In this document: piece by piece, positions 22,125-32,217 of the stretch
Layout: every line of letters starts with the position of its first letter
Position numbering within the stretch: the first letter of the stretch is position 1
Assembly: GCA_964248365.1 (NCBI GenBank)
Contig: CAXTYC010000018.1
Location: 32,001 to 96,000, forward strand
Length of the DNA stretch: 64,000 bases
Direction: 5' to 3'
Source of the DNA: an uncultured Chroococcidiopsis sp.
Lineage (GTDB): Bacteria > Cyanobacteriota > Cyanobacteriia > Cyanobacteriales > Chroococcidiopsidaceae
Made by a program: the position numbers and the translations under genes
The notes under the pieces: generated by a model
Databases searched by the model: none
Seen by the model: only the letters and a program-made list of their open reading frames with translations
What the model was told of the DNA's origin: nothing

Positions 22125-25100
22125 AGACAAGAAAGTCTGTTTCTTTGAGCAGGTGTAAAAATATTCCCCATAGTTCTCTAGCAATAGTCGCTTCCCAAGG
22201 AATATCAGAACTCATCCAAAATTCAAGAGTTTTAATAATAGCAACTAGGAGTGAAGTTGTTTCATCATCTTGCTTATTATCTGCGGATAGGGGAGCAAAG
22301 CTTTTATCGAGCCAATAAACATTTATTGGAACATTCCCCCTTACGCCTCTGCCAATAACTTGCCAGATAGAAACAACTTGATTAGCGCATAACGTCCATC
22401 GTTCTTTGGCAGTTAAGTCACTAAAATATACACTTTTACTAGTAAGCTTCATTAACTCAATCCATGCTGCACGGGCAAAATAATCTCCCTGCATCTGCAA
22501 TGTAGAATATTGGTGAATGAGTTGATTTGGCTCAAATTGTTGTAATGCCCAGCTATTGAGTCCCTGTACCACTTCAAACCAATCATGGGGAACTGGCATA
22601 GGTCGTTTGATAAATAAAATCGTACCAAAAGCAGCTTTTTTCTCATCATTGAGGGCATTGTGACTCCGTTCCATTGCGCCTAATACTCCTACAAGTAACC
22701 GAATAATTGATTCAGCTACTTTTTCAAATTCTCCTCGCTTCAAGCCAGGATACCAATGAACGCGATTATCTGCGTCACGACGCAATGGTTGAATAGCATT
22801 AATATCGCCTACAGGATGACGATAGCGCGATCGCAATTCTTGTATAATCCACTCAGCTTGTTCGTAGCTTCCGGTAACTCCGAGTATTCTTTCTCGGTCT
22901 GACCAAAGCGCTGGGTCATCCTGTGCTAATTCTTTCAGTTCTTCAAAGCGATCGTCAAGGAAATTTGGATACACTCCAGTAATAGCCTTTGCCATTTCTC
23001 GGTAAGCCATTTCAACTTTGTGTTGTGGAACACCGGAAATAGCGATGTATTTACCTTTTTCATTTACATTTAATTGAGGAGAAAAGACAAACTTTCCTTG
23101 CAAAATGGGGTCAGTTGATGACTTGGATTTGAGTAGTAAACTGGGACGAATAGGAATATGAAAAGCACTGCTTCCTGGTGCATAACTGGTTCCCGATACC
23201 AAAACTGTATGGGCGCTATCCCAGCCGTCAATTTCCAGCAACTTGTCAAAGTTCAACAACAAACTTTCCCCTACACCTAGATAGCGGAAGTATTTTAGAA
23301 TTCCACCTCCCTCTTTGTTGGGATAGTACAAGAAACCTAAAAGGTTTCCCACAGGAGATTCTGGAATCATTGCTAGATATTCTTGTGGCGGTCGAAGAAT
23401 TAATGGAAAGGCGTTATTCTGAAAGGCTTGTAAATCCAAAAGTTCCACCTGATTGTCCACCAACTTTTGCAGATGATGGCTTAAAATAGCTAGCAAAATT
23501 CCAAATCTAAATTTTTCAACTAATTCATCTAAGCTGTCATCTGGACAAGACAAGCCTTTTTTCGCAAGCCAATCTAGACACCAATATCGCAAATCATCTA
23601 AAGCTAAATCGCTCGTTCCTAGTAAAATTAATTCACGAGCAATGTTGGTAAGTTCATCTATTTTTTTCTATCCAAAGGATTAATGTTGCCAAGTCCATCT
23701 TTTTTTCGTTTATCCAAAGGATTATCTATAAATAATTTCAATTCACTCAATATTGCTCGAAAGGAATCTGTATCTGTTATGCCAGAGCAATCTAGCAGTT
23801 CTTGCACTATCCTTGAAAAAACACCGTAACTGTGAAAAGTTATTTTTCCTAGCCAGCCTACTAACAATGGATTCTTATTTAACTACCTGTATAGTGGAGG
23901 GATAGCTAATTCAATAATGTTGTAGCAATTAGCAAACTTTTCCCAAGATTTGTATTTAGTTTGAGGTCTATTTGAATTATTGATTTGGCTGAGTTCTATT
24001 CCAGTTTGATTAATTAACCCACCTTTTGCAATTAATTCAGCTTCTGGAGCAAACACATTATTTAATCTGCCCTTCATTAAGTCAGCTTCATCAACAAATA
24101 AAAACTCACATTCCCTAGCAACAAATTCTGCAAAGCGAATTTTATCAAGCGATACGCTTCTAGGAACTGGGGTATGAACAAAACTTTCTGGCGTTAATAC
24201 CCACACCAACCCGTTAGCAATGTCACGTTCTATTTGGTGTCGAGGACAAGTATAGTAATAAGGGCAGGTACTATCTACATTAGATCTCTTTGTGGCATTT
24301 GGTTCTTTTTGATAAAGCGCGTGACAAGGTTCTTCGCCAAAATTCCAAATGTCGGCAGATGCAACATGAGAAAGGAGAGGACATGATTCATTAAACCATT
24401 CCCTTACCGGATGTATTGCCCCCTGTTCTACATCACTTCCTGTGGTTTGAAGTATAGACTTATTAATTTTCTCTAAGTGTTCTACTCGGTTTTTACCTAG
24501 TATTGGTGCAGCAGGGATTTCTAAAAGATGTTTGAAGAGACTAGCTTTTCCGACTTGCGAGACTACATCACTAACTATTAATGCACAGCGTTTAGCATTT
24601 CTACCTCTAGAAACTAAATTAAAACTGACTACATCAATAAATGTTGACTTACCTACATTCAACAGCCCAACAATATGATTTAATCGATCTAAAGTCAAAA
24701 TAGTATCTTCAGAAAAATCATTTAAGGACTGGTTATAGACAGATAAAACAATATTTCTAAAGCGTTCATAGTAATTTAAATATATGTTGGAACGTGCTAG
24801 TCGGCAATCCATTTCTTTGGCACTTAATAAAAGTGACTTCAAGGAAAAAGTATAAGCCGGATTAGACTCACTTCGAGTTCTGACAAAGCGAACGATTGGA
24901 CTTCTGGGTAAATTTAATACACTTTGAGGAAGATTGATGACAACAGGGTCTTCTCCTTTCTTGATTTCAGCTAGCCATCGTCCTTCTTGTCTGGCTAGTT
25001 TTACCTTGTGTTGCTTAACTGCGGGAGATGTCTGCAAGACATAACGATAGACACGATGCCGATAATAACTATGTTGTCTGGAAGTGGGTATTTGTTCAGC

Positions 25101-25445
25101 ATCAGCTAAATCAAAAGCTTTGAGAACATCAGGGATGTCTTTAATGTATTCATCTAGATGATATTCCCAATCACTACCTTTGTATTCCAATAGATAAAAT
25201 CTAGCTATTTTACAAGTAAGCCATTTATTACCAATTGCTGGAAAACGATATCCTGAGATTAAATGTCTTACTTCTGTTGCGGGTTGTGTAGGTGCTACTT
25301 CCAAAAGCAGCGATAAACCTAACTCAACATGAACAATTAGCCTTGCTATTCTTCCTCTTTCTTCCTCTGCCCATCTTGCAACTACATCAGGATTTTGCTT
25401 TAATTCTTTTACTAAATTTTGATACCAATCGGTTGTATCTCTCAT
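22084..25445 (-). pseudogene. pPIWI-RE-associated SF2/DinG-like helicase, interrupted
   Basis: Walker A GLLNVGKS, VDEAD, SGTS and QVIGRGVRG across three ORFs. In-frame TAG at 23883-23885 and frameshift at the A7 run 23661-23667. Repaired length about 1120 aa. Confidence 0.85.
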
Positions 25446-26524
25446 TTTGTAATTATTTCCTTGGCTTGTTTGATGATTTCACCAATCGACCTTAGCTGTA
25501 ATCCCTTAAGGGCTTGAGGTTGAAATTTTTTTCTTTTACGAATAGCTGGAATATTTAAATCATTCTCATCAGGAAAGACTACAAAGGTTGCATCAACATC
25601 TGGTTGACATCTAACTTTTGATAATCTTTCTTCGCTGACATAAGACCAATCTTTTACATCAATTGCCCATCTTTGGGAATTAGGAAATTCTACAAGTAAA
25701 TCGTATCTATCAATTTGAGGATAAAGCGTGACAAGTGCGCCTAATTCAACCAATTTGTCTCGCAGGTATAATTCCCAAATGCCTGGAATAGTACCGTAGC
25801 GATGAACTCCTAGCGTTACAGCTACCCACTCGCTAATTTCTTCTGCGGGAATAACCCGAATATTCTTTAATTTTTTCTGACTTACAATTAATTCACAAGA
25901 TTTCTTGCGACAAATATATTCTCCTTCCCATAGCCGCTGGATATATCCACATCGGGGACACAGACGACACTCTGTTCCTCCAAATAAGTTTGCTACTGGT
26001 CGATAAAATCCCTCGTCGTCTAACTTGAAAAAATCTCGAACTTTTGCCAGTTCCTTTGTATCAAGCTTTTTCCGAAGTTGGGTAAGTGTCAAAACTGGAT
26101 GAGTACCAATTAACTCACGCGCTTTTCTGTAAGATTCGTCAAGCTGGTTTCTTTCGCAATACTCCTTGAGTTTCGCAAGGGTTAATTCTTGAACTTGGTG
26201 AATGCTGTCTTTACCAGATAATGCCCAATCTCTAGCAAAATCGGAAACCAACCCATATTCTAAAAGGGTTGCATTGTCAGGAATGCTTGGCACTTTGGCA
26301 GGTTCCCACCAAGATTTGATTGGTTTAGCTGCTTCTTCAAATAATTCTGGAAGTGTGGTAGGGACTTGTTTTTGAGATAATGCAGCAGCTGCACACATTC
26401 TCGACATTCCTATTCGCAAGGATTGAGGAATTTGAATACGTTTTTCTGGCGGTGTTTCCTCCCACTCAACTAACCCTGTTGCTAGATAGTGAACAGTGGT
26501 GTCATCTTTGGTTGATGCACTCAT
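25442..26524 (-). CDS. pPIWI-RE-associated restriction-endonuclease-fold protein with Zn ribbon
   Basis: CPRCG..C...C, PGIWEL.L and DRYDL..WAIDVKDW (PD-D/ExK). ATGA overlap with the helicase. Confidence 0.85.
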   Translation of the reverse strand: MSASTKDDTTVHYLATGLVEWEETPPEKRIQIPQSLRIGMSRMCAAAALSQKQVPTTLPELFEEAAKPIKSWWEPAKVPSIPDNATLLEYGLVSDFARDWALSGKDSIHQVQELTLAKLKEYCERNQLDESYRKARELIGTHPVLTLTQLRKKLDTKELAKVRDFFKLDDEGFYRPVANLFGGTECRLCPRCGYIQRLWEGEYICRKKSCELIVSQKKLKNIRVIPAEEISEWVAVTLGVHRYGTIPGIWELYLRDKLVELGALVTLYPQIDRYDLLVEFPNSQRWAIDVKDWSYVSEERLSKVRCQPDVDATFVVFPDENDLNIPAIRKRKKFQPQALKGLQLRSIGEIIKQAKEIITK

Positions 26525-26532
26525 ATAGCAAG

Positions 26533-26608
26533 GCTATCCGAATTTTGAAATTTAATTGCTTGGTGGGCAATGCTATCCGAATTGTGAAATTTAATTGCTT
26601 GGTAGGCA
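26533..26608. repeat. Tandem 37-bp direct repeat (39-bp period) upstream of the REase
   Basis: GCTATCCGAATT(T/G)TGAAATTTAATTGCTTGGT(G/A)GGCA at 26533 and 26572. Confidence 0.9.
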
Positions 26609-26748
26609 TGGGTGGCAAACAGTATATTGTATGTATCGAATATTACTCAAGCGCAAAAGACGGGGTGTGGATTTATATTTTCGAGACTGGAAGGTTGTGG
26701 CGATGCCTGCGGCAACGCTAAAAGCGTACTTACTAAAATTAAGCTATT

Positions 26749-27350
26749 CTATCTCTTAATATATTCGTCATACTTAAACTCATCTTTATCTAAAGAATAC
26801 TTAACCACTTCTGGCTCAATTTCTGGATGAATAAACTGTAGCTCAAATTTCAAACCTGCTTTTTCCATGACGCGGATAGATGCTTTGTTAGCGGATATTG
26901 CTGATGACACTACTCGCCACGTACCTAATTCACAAAAGCCTTTCAATATCAATGCGCGAGATGCTTCTGTAGCGTAGCCTTTACCCCAATCCCTCGGCGC
27001 AAACGATAACCTAGCTCAATATCGTTGTCATTATATAATCTTGAATTGACATTGAACTGACTATCTAATGCTGGTCTAAATTGAAACCAACCGATAAATT
27101 CATTACTCAGCTTTTCAATAGCTGCCCAAAATCCATAACCTTCATACTTTTGGTAGTAGCTAGTAAATTTGGGTAATGTTTTATTTATGATAGTTTCGTA
27201 ATCTGTATCTATGGGATTTCCACCCTTGATGATTCCTAAATTGACAAAACGAATTACATTGCGATCGCTGTCTAATTCAAATAAATTATCAGCATCATTT
27301 TCGGTAAACTGACGTAGAATTAATCTTGGTGTTACAAGAAACACTTTCAT
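26749..27350 (-). pseudogene. GNAT (RimJ/RimL) acetyltransferase, frameshifted at about 26990
   Basis: TPRLILRQF and ELGYRL, then WGKGYATEA and NKASIRVMEKAG in another frame. Confidence 0.85.
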
Positions 27351-27444
27351 ATATCTTCCTTACCATAATAAAATAGATCCTCATTGCCCAGCCAAGACCT
27401 GGTAACAAGAAGTTGAGCAGTCACGCCAAAGCACAAAACAAGTA

Positions 27445-28443
27445 ATGTCCCGAACGAATTTCCTATCAGAAACTATTCAACAAACAAAATCATTTGAAGC
27501 AGCGATGCCGTTGATGGCTCAAACAAGTGGGTCTCAATTTCTTCTCCAGCCTAACCAAACTGATAAAGTATGTGTTTTCTTTCATGGATTTACTGCTACT
27601 CCAGAACAATTTGTCGTAATAGGACTCGCATTTTACCAGGCGGGATATAATGTTTTGATTCCTTTGCTACCAGGACATGGGATTGCAGGTGATTGGGATA
27701 AAGATAATCCGCCTCCTCTACCTGAAGATAAACAAATTTATCAAAAATTCGGGTTGCATTGGCTACAAGTCGCCCAATCTTTGGGGAAAAAAGTAATTGT
27801 GGGAGGGTTATCAGGTGGTAGTACTTTGGCGGCTTGGCTTGCGTTAGAATGTCCCGAACAAATAGATCGTACTTTAGTTTTTGCGCCGTATTTGAGTGGC
27901 AGTAATAAAGTAGTTGATTTATTTGTGCGGTTGTTCAATATATACTTTCAGTGGCGGACTGAACCAGGATTAGCACATTTTGGCTATGATGGGTTTCTGA
28001 TGCCAGCTTTGCGAGTTTTTTTAGATATGGGTACTGATGTACTTGAGCAAGCACAAAAGACTGTTGCAGCGCCTATGATAATAGTATCAAGTGAGAGCGA
28101 TCGCGCTGTAGGTAATCGAGAGCATAAAGCTTTGTTTGAAGCTACCGTTGGGTTCCAGCCTAAATCCTGGTATATCAGCTTTGATCAAGAGTGGGATATC
28201 CCCCACAATATGATGACAGTAGCTGAAGGGAATGAAAATCTAAATTTACTTATAACCCTTAGCTTAGCTTATGTCAAAAGTGATTTAACTTGGGCTGAAG
28301 TTACAGAAATTAGCGATCGCTTGCGGCTGGGTAATTCATTTGATACCGTAATTAATCAACTGCATCTTGCTCACTCGGTTGCACCTGAACTTTTTACCAT
28401 AACAGGCATAATTGATTCATCTATTGAGGAACTGAAACACTAA
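27445..28443 (+). CDS. Alpha/beta hydrolase (carboxylesterase-like)
   Basis: FHGF, LPGHG and GLSGG nucleophile elbow. Confidence 0.85.
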   Translation: MSRTNFLSETIQQTKSFEAAMPLMAQTSGSQFLLQPNQTDKVCVFFHGFTATPEQFVVIGLAFYQAGYNVLIPLLPGHGIAGDWDKDNPPPLPEDKQIYQKFGLHWLQVAQSLGKKVIVGGLSGGSTLAAWLALECPEQIDRTLVFAPYLSGSNKVVDLFVRLFNIYFQWRTEPGLAHFGYDGFLMPALRVFLDMGTDVLEQAQKTVAAPMIIVSSESDRAVGNREHKALFEATVGFQPKSWYISFDQEWDIPHNMMTVAEGNENLNLLITLSLAYVKSDLTWAEVTEISDRLRLGNSFDTVINQLHLAHSVAPELFTITGIIDSSIEELKH

Positions 28444-28570
28444 TCTGTCTAAACAGCAAACAAGATAAGATCGCAAGTTAATTTTAACTTTGTTGAATAT
28501 GACATAATCACGAATATAAAGCTATTTGTCGCTAGCATATTTCTTACAACTGAGCTTTATTTTTCATTCC

Positions 28571-28822
28571 ATGCCATCAAAAAAGGTTTTTGTCCGAGAG
28601 TACACTGTTCGCGCCCATGAGCGGGTGATCAACACGCGCTTGTATAAATTTATCTGCGCTTCTTGTCAGCAGCCGACACAACGCGAATCTTATGGTCCCC
28701 GTCCGCTTTATTGTTTAGTGTGTCGTCCGCCCGTGTCTCCAACCGAGACGACTTCACACAAAAAGAAGAAACCTAGACCAGTTAAGGTACTCCCAGCGCG
28801 AAATCGAAGGAAATCATCCTAA
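28571..28822 (+). CDS. Small basic Zn-ribbon hypothetical protein
   Basis: CASC...CLVC and a Lys/Arg-rich tail. Confidence 0.6.
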   Translation: MPSKKVFVREYTVRAHERVINTRLYKFICASCQQPTQRESYGPRPLYCLVCRPPVSPTETTSHKKKKPRPVKVLPARNRRKSS

Positions 28823-28884
28823 GTGGGTAATTCTCCTTTTTATATGCCTGCGGTTCTAAAAGAAAAATCCATCTTCCCACTAGC

Positions 28885-29316
28885 TTAGTGTGGATCGCCG
28901 ATTAGGGCGTATTCATATTTACCAAAAATTGCTTCCGCGTGACGATAATACTTAAATTCCATCAAGTTATAAAACGGATCTTCTAAAAAGAAGGTGCTAT
29001 GCTCCAGAGGTGAATCGACAAAGCGGTGCTTGGGTTCCTCTCTAAATAGTAGTTGTTGTTGTTGCGATCGCGTAAGCAAACTTTCCCAGTCACTTTGGGA
29101 AGTAAAAATCAGCCCAAAGTGTCTAGGATAGATACCTCGTTGAGGAGTAACAGGCTCTTTAGTGACGTGAGCCACTAGCTGATGACCATACAGATCTAAA
29201 ATCAGGGCATGACGAGTTTCACGACCAGCAATACAACCCAAGCCATCAACATAGAATGCTTTGGTTTGAGCAATATCGGTAACGGGAAAAGCAAGATGAA
29301 ATATCGTTTGATTCAT
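28885..29316 (-). CDS. VOC/glyoxalase family protein
   Basis: FHLAFPV, GHQLVAH, RHFG and DPFYNLMEFK. Confidence 0.9.
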   Translation of the reverse strand: MNQTIFHLAFPVTDIAQTKAFYVDGLGCIAGRETRHALILDLYGHQLVAHVTKEPVTPQRGIYPRHFGLIFTSQSDWESLLTRSQQQQLLFREEPKHRFVDSPLEHSTFFLEDPFYNLMEFKYYRHAEAIFGKYEYALIGDPH

Positions 29317-29391
29317 ATATATTAAGTTGCAGCGATTGCAAGCAAAACTTACTTGGGTAAACTAGCTTTTTTAATATTTTGGCAAACTAAA

Positions 29392-30186
29392 ATGTTTCTA
29401 AATTCATCATTTCTCAATCCTTGGCTAATTGCTGTTGGGCTGAATACAGTTTTACTGAGTATAGGCTTGATTGCTCCCAAAAAGCTCCTTACGAGGGCAG
29501 GGCTATTGCATGGCTGGTTGCTAGGTGTAATTCTTTGGGGTTGCTTGGGGTGGCAGGGATATTTAGTGGTACTTTTCTATTTTCTAGTAGGTTCTGCTGT
29601 CACGCGCATTGGCATGGCACAAAAAGAAGCCGAAGGAATTGCTGAAAAACGCTCTGGGGCGCGGGGACCTGAGAATGTTTGGGGTTCGGCACTCACAGGA
29701 ACTCTGTGTGCTTTGGGAGTGCTGATTGTTCCTATTGTTTACCCTTCCGCCAAAGTCTCCCCGCTTGGGGATGGGGGGATTACATATCTACTATTGTTGG
29801 GTTTTGTGGCAAGTTTTAGCACCAAGCTGTCTGACACCTGTGCCAGCGAAGTCGGAAAAGCTTACGGCAAAAGGACATTTCTAATTACCACCCTGCAACC
29901 AGTGCCACGCGGTACAGAAGGAGCTGTCAGTTTGGAGGGGACGCTAGCTGGGATTGTGGGTTCAGCTGCTATGTCCCTGGTAGGCTGGCTCGTAGGTTTA
30001 ATCGACTTGACAGGAGTGATATTTTGTGTCTTAGCAGCATTTATTGCCACCAATATAGAAAGCTTGATTGGGGCAACACTGCAAGCTAAGGTAAGTTGGC
30101 TGACAAATGAAGTAGTGAATATTTTGAATACTTTGATTGGTGCGATCGCTGCCGTGTTATTAGCTTTAGCATGGCAACTGGTATAA
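29392..30186 (+). CDS. DUF92/TIGR00297 membrane protein (VTE6-like)
   Basis: RGPENVWGS, SDTCASEVGKAYG and GTEGAVSLEG. Confidence 0.9.
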   Translation: MFLNSSFLNPWLIAVGLNTVLLSIGLIAPKKLLTRAGLLHGWLLGVILWGCLGWQGYLVVLFYFLVGSAVTRIGMAQKEAEGIAEKRSGARGPENVWGSALTGTLCALGVLIVPIVYPSAKVSPLGDGGITYLLLLGFVASFSTKLSDTCASEVGKAYGKRTFLITTLQPVPRGTEGAVSLEGTLAGIVGSAAMSLVGWLVGLIDLTGVIFCVLAAFIATNIESLIGATLQAKVSWLTNEVVNILNTLIGAIAAVLLALAWQLV

Positions 30187-30296
30187 TTTTATGCCTTCTA
30201 TCTAATACCAAATTGGTAATCAATAATCGGTAGAGACGTAGCAGTGCTACCTGTCTACTGGTAATTGGTAATTGGTAATTGCTTTTTAATTACGAA

Positions 30297-32162
30297 TTAC
30301 GAATTACCAAGTGGTATGAGATTTTCAACTAGTAGCCACTTAGCAGCATGATTCAATCGACCTCTTACTGTAAGTGGTTGCTGGTGCGGATAAATTTGCA
30401 GTTGCTTGTCTATTGGCGATCGCAAAGTAACTAATGTCCATTCTCCTTGCTCTTGCACTGGTTCAGCCACACTCAAGGTATAATTTTGCTCATTCCAACG
30501 GCAGAAAATCCCCGAAAACAATTGATAATTTCCCCCAACCTCCCCAGCTTCCCCAACAGGACAATCACCACTAGCAGGATAATTTTCAGGGTGCTCTAGG
30601 TAGTAGCGTTGCCAGTGCAGCCAGTCGGGGTGATCGGGTGGTAAGTTAAATAATGGAATAATTGCCGTTGGACAGCGTTGGTCTTGCAACAAAGCTGATT
30701 GCAAATCTCTCACAGGCAAATCTCTGGGTTGACAACCTCTAGCCACACATAGCGCCGCCGCCATACCAGCCGCCATCCCAATATTCATAACCAGGGGCTG
30801 CAATCGAGTAGCGCCATTGGCAATATGAGACACTGAGATATTTTTTTCACACACCAATAAACCATCTGTATGGGCTGGAATTAGACAGCCGTAGGGAAGG
30901 GTAAAAGGTGTTCCCGTCCAGCGTCCTCCCCAACGAATTGATTTTGGTTGCAGCGGAAAATCTATCCCAGGATAGTGGTGGTCATTGGCATAGTTACCAA
31001 GAGCGATCGCGCTTACCCTTCCTGCTGCATCTACTGGTAATCGAGCAACTCGACCCCCAGCAACGGGTAAAATATCTTGCTCCCGCACCTGTGCTAATCC
31101 CACCAAGCGACGACTTTCTCGGTAGTAAGGATGCAAGGCGTACGCACCAGTTTGATTTTGGATTTTAGCTCCCCCCTTATGAAGGGGGGTTGGGGGGATT
31201 GGATTTTGGATTATCTCGCCCCTGATTGAAGGAAAAATACCCTCTGCTAAGCCGTAGCGACGACCTAACTGGGTTTGGATAAAGTGGGCGAAACTTTGCG
31301 TATGCCGCATAGCTTCTTGGAGAAATTGATACCTTGCTTGCTCCCCGTCAATCAAACGCCCTAAACCTTCACCGTAGTCATTACCACATTGGGGCCAGTT
31401 GATCATAAACAATCCCCCTGGTAAGCGTCCGTAATTCAGGAATTGTTCGCTACCATAGCCATCCCAAGCCCCCATAAACTGAGTTAAGTCGTGGGGTGGA
31501 GGGGGAATTTCCATCGCCCCTGATTCCCCGAAATCCTGCATAATCACTACCCAGGTGGGCGCTTGTACTGGGTATTTTGCTGTAAGTGAATTAGGAGCTT
31601 TTGGCGCACTAGGTTCTGACCACTGGGATTGCCATTCCCAACCCCAGCGGTAAGGAACATCCGACATTGCAAGTAAATCACCTAGTTCGGTAGCGTCTAG
31701 GGTAATCTGGGCTGTGACGGTAAAATCAGCAAACTGCACTCCCGTAATGCGATCGCCTTGTCGTAAAACAGCTCGTGGTACTTGCCCAACTATCCAATGC
31801 AAGCAAGGTAATTCTTGTACCCAAGAGGCAAAAATCTGCGCCCCTAGCCGAGGATCAAAGCTAAAAAAGCTAACCCAGCTATTATCTAATCCTCCTAGCT
31901 GACGCTGTTGCAATTCGCCCAGAAACGCCCCCCACATCCCTGTTTGAAAGGAAACCAATTCATTGCCATCGGGCGCAGACACCCCAGCTGATGTCAGCAT
32001 TCCGCCCAGCCAAGGAAATTCACTCACGAGTATAGTCTTAGCGCCAGTGCGGGCGGATTGAATAGCAGCAGCTGTGCCACCTGTCCCACCCCCCACAACT
32101 AAAACATCAGCTTGGTAATTCGTAATTCGTAATTCGTAATTCGTAATTGGTAACTCTCCCAC
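30297..32162 (-). CDS. FAD-dependent oxidoreductase
   Basis: VLVVGGGTGG, DATELGDL, RESRR and SHIANGATRLQP. Start uncertain. Confidence 0.88.
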   Translation of the reverse strand: MGELPITNYELRITNYQADVLVVGGGTGGTAAAIQSARTGAKTILVSEFPWLGGMLTSAGVSAPDGNELVSFQTGMWGAFLGELQQRQLGGLDNSWVSFFSFDPRLGAQIFASWVQELPCLHWIVGQVPRAVLRQGDRITGVQFADFTVTAQITLDATELGDLLAMSDVPYRWGWEWQSQWSEPSAPKAPNSLTAKYPVQAPTWVVIMQDFGESGAMEIPPPPHDLTQFMGAWDGYGSEQFLNYGRLPGGLFMINWPQCGNDYGEGLGRLIDGEQARYQFLQEAMRHTQSFAHFIQTQLGRRYGLAEGIFPSIRGEIIQNPIPPTPLHKGGAKIQNQTGAYALHPYYRESRRLVGLAQVREQDILPVAGGRVARLPVDAAGRVSAIALGNYANDHHYPGIDFPLQPKSIRWGGRWTGTPFTLPYGCLIPAHTDGLLVCEKNISVSHIANGATRLQPLVMNIGMAAGMAAALCVARGCQPRDLPVRDLQSALLQDQRCPTAIIPLFNLPPDHPDWLHWQRYYLEHPENYPASGDCPVGEAGEVGGNYQLFSGIFCRWNEQNYTLSVAEPVQEQGEWTLVTLRSPIDKQLQIYPHQQPLTVRGRLNHAAKWLLVENLIPLGNS

Positions 32163-32217
32163 TCTCCCCTGATTCCCCCTCTCCCTAGCCTCTCGCCTCT
32201 TGTCTCTTGCCTTTGGG

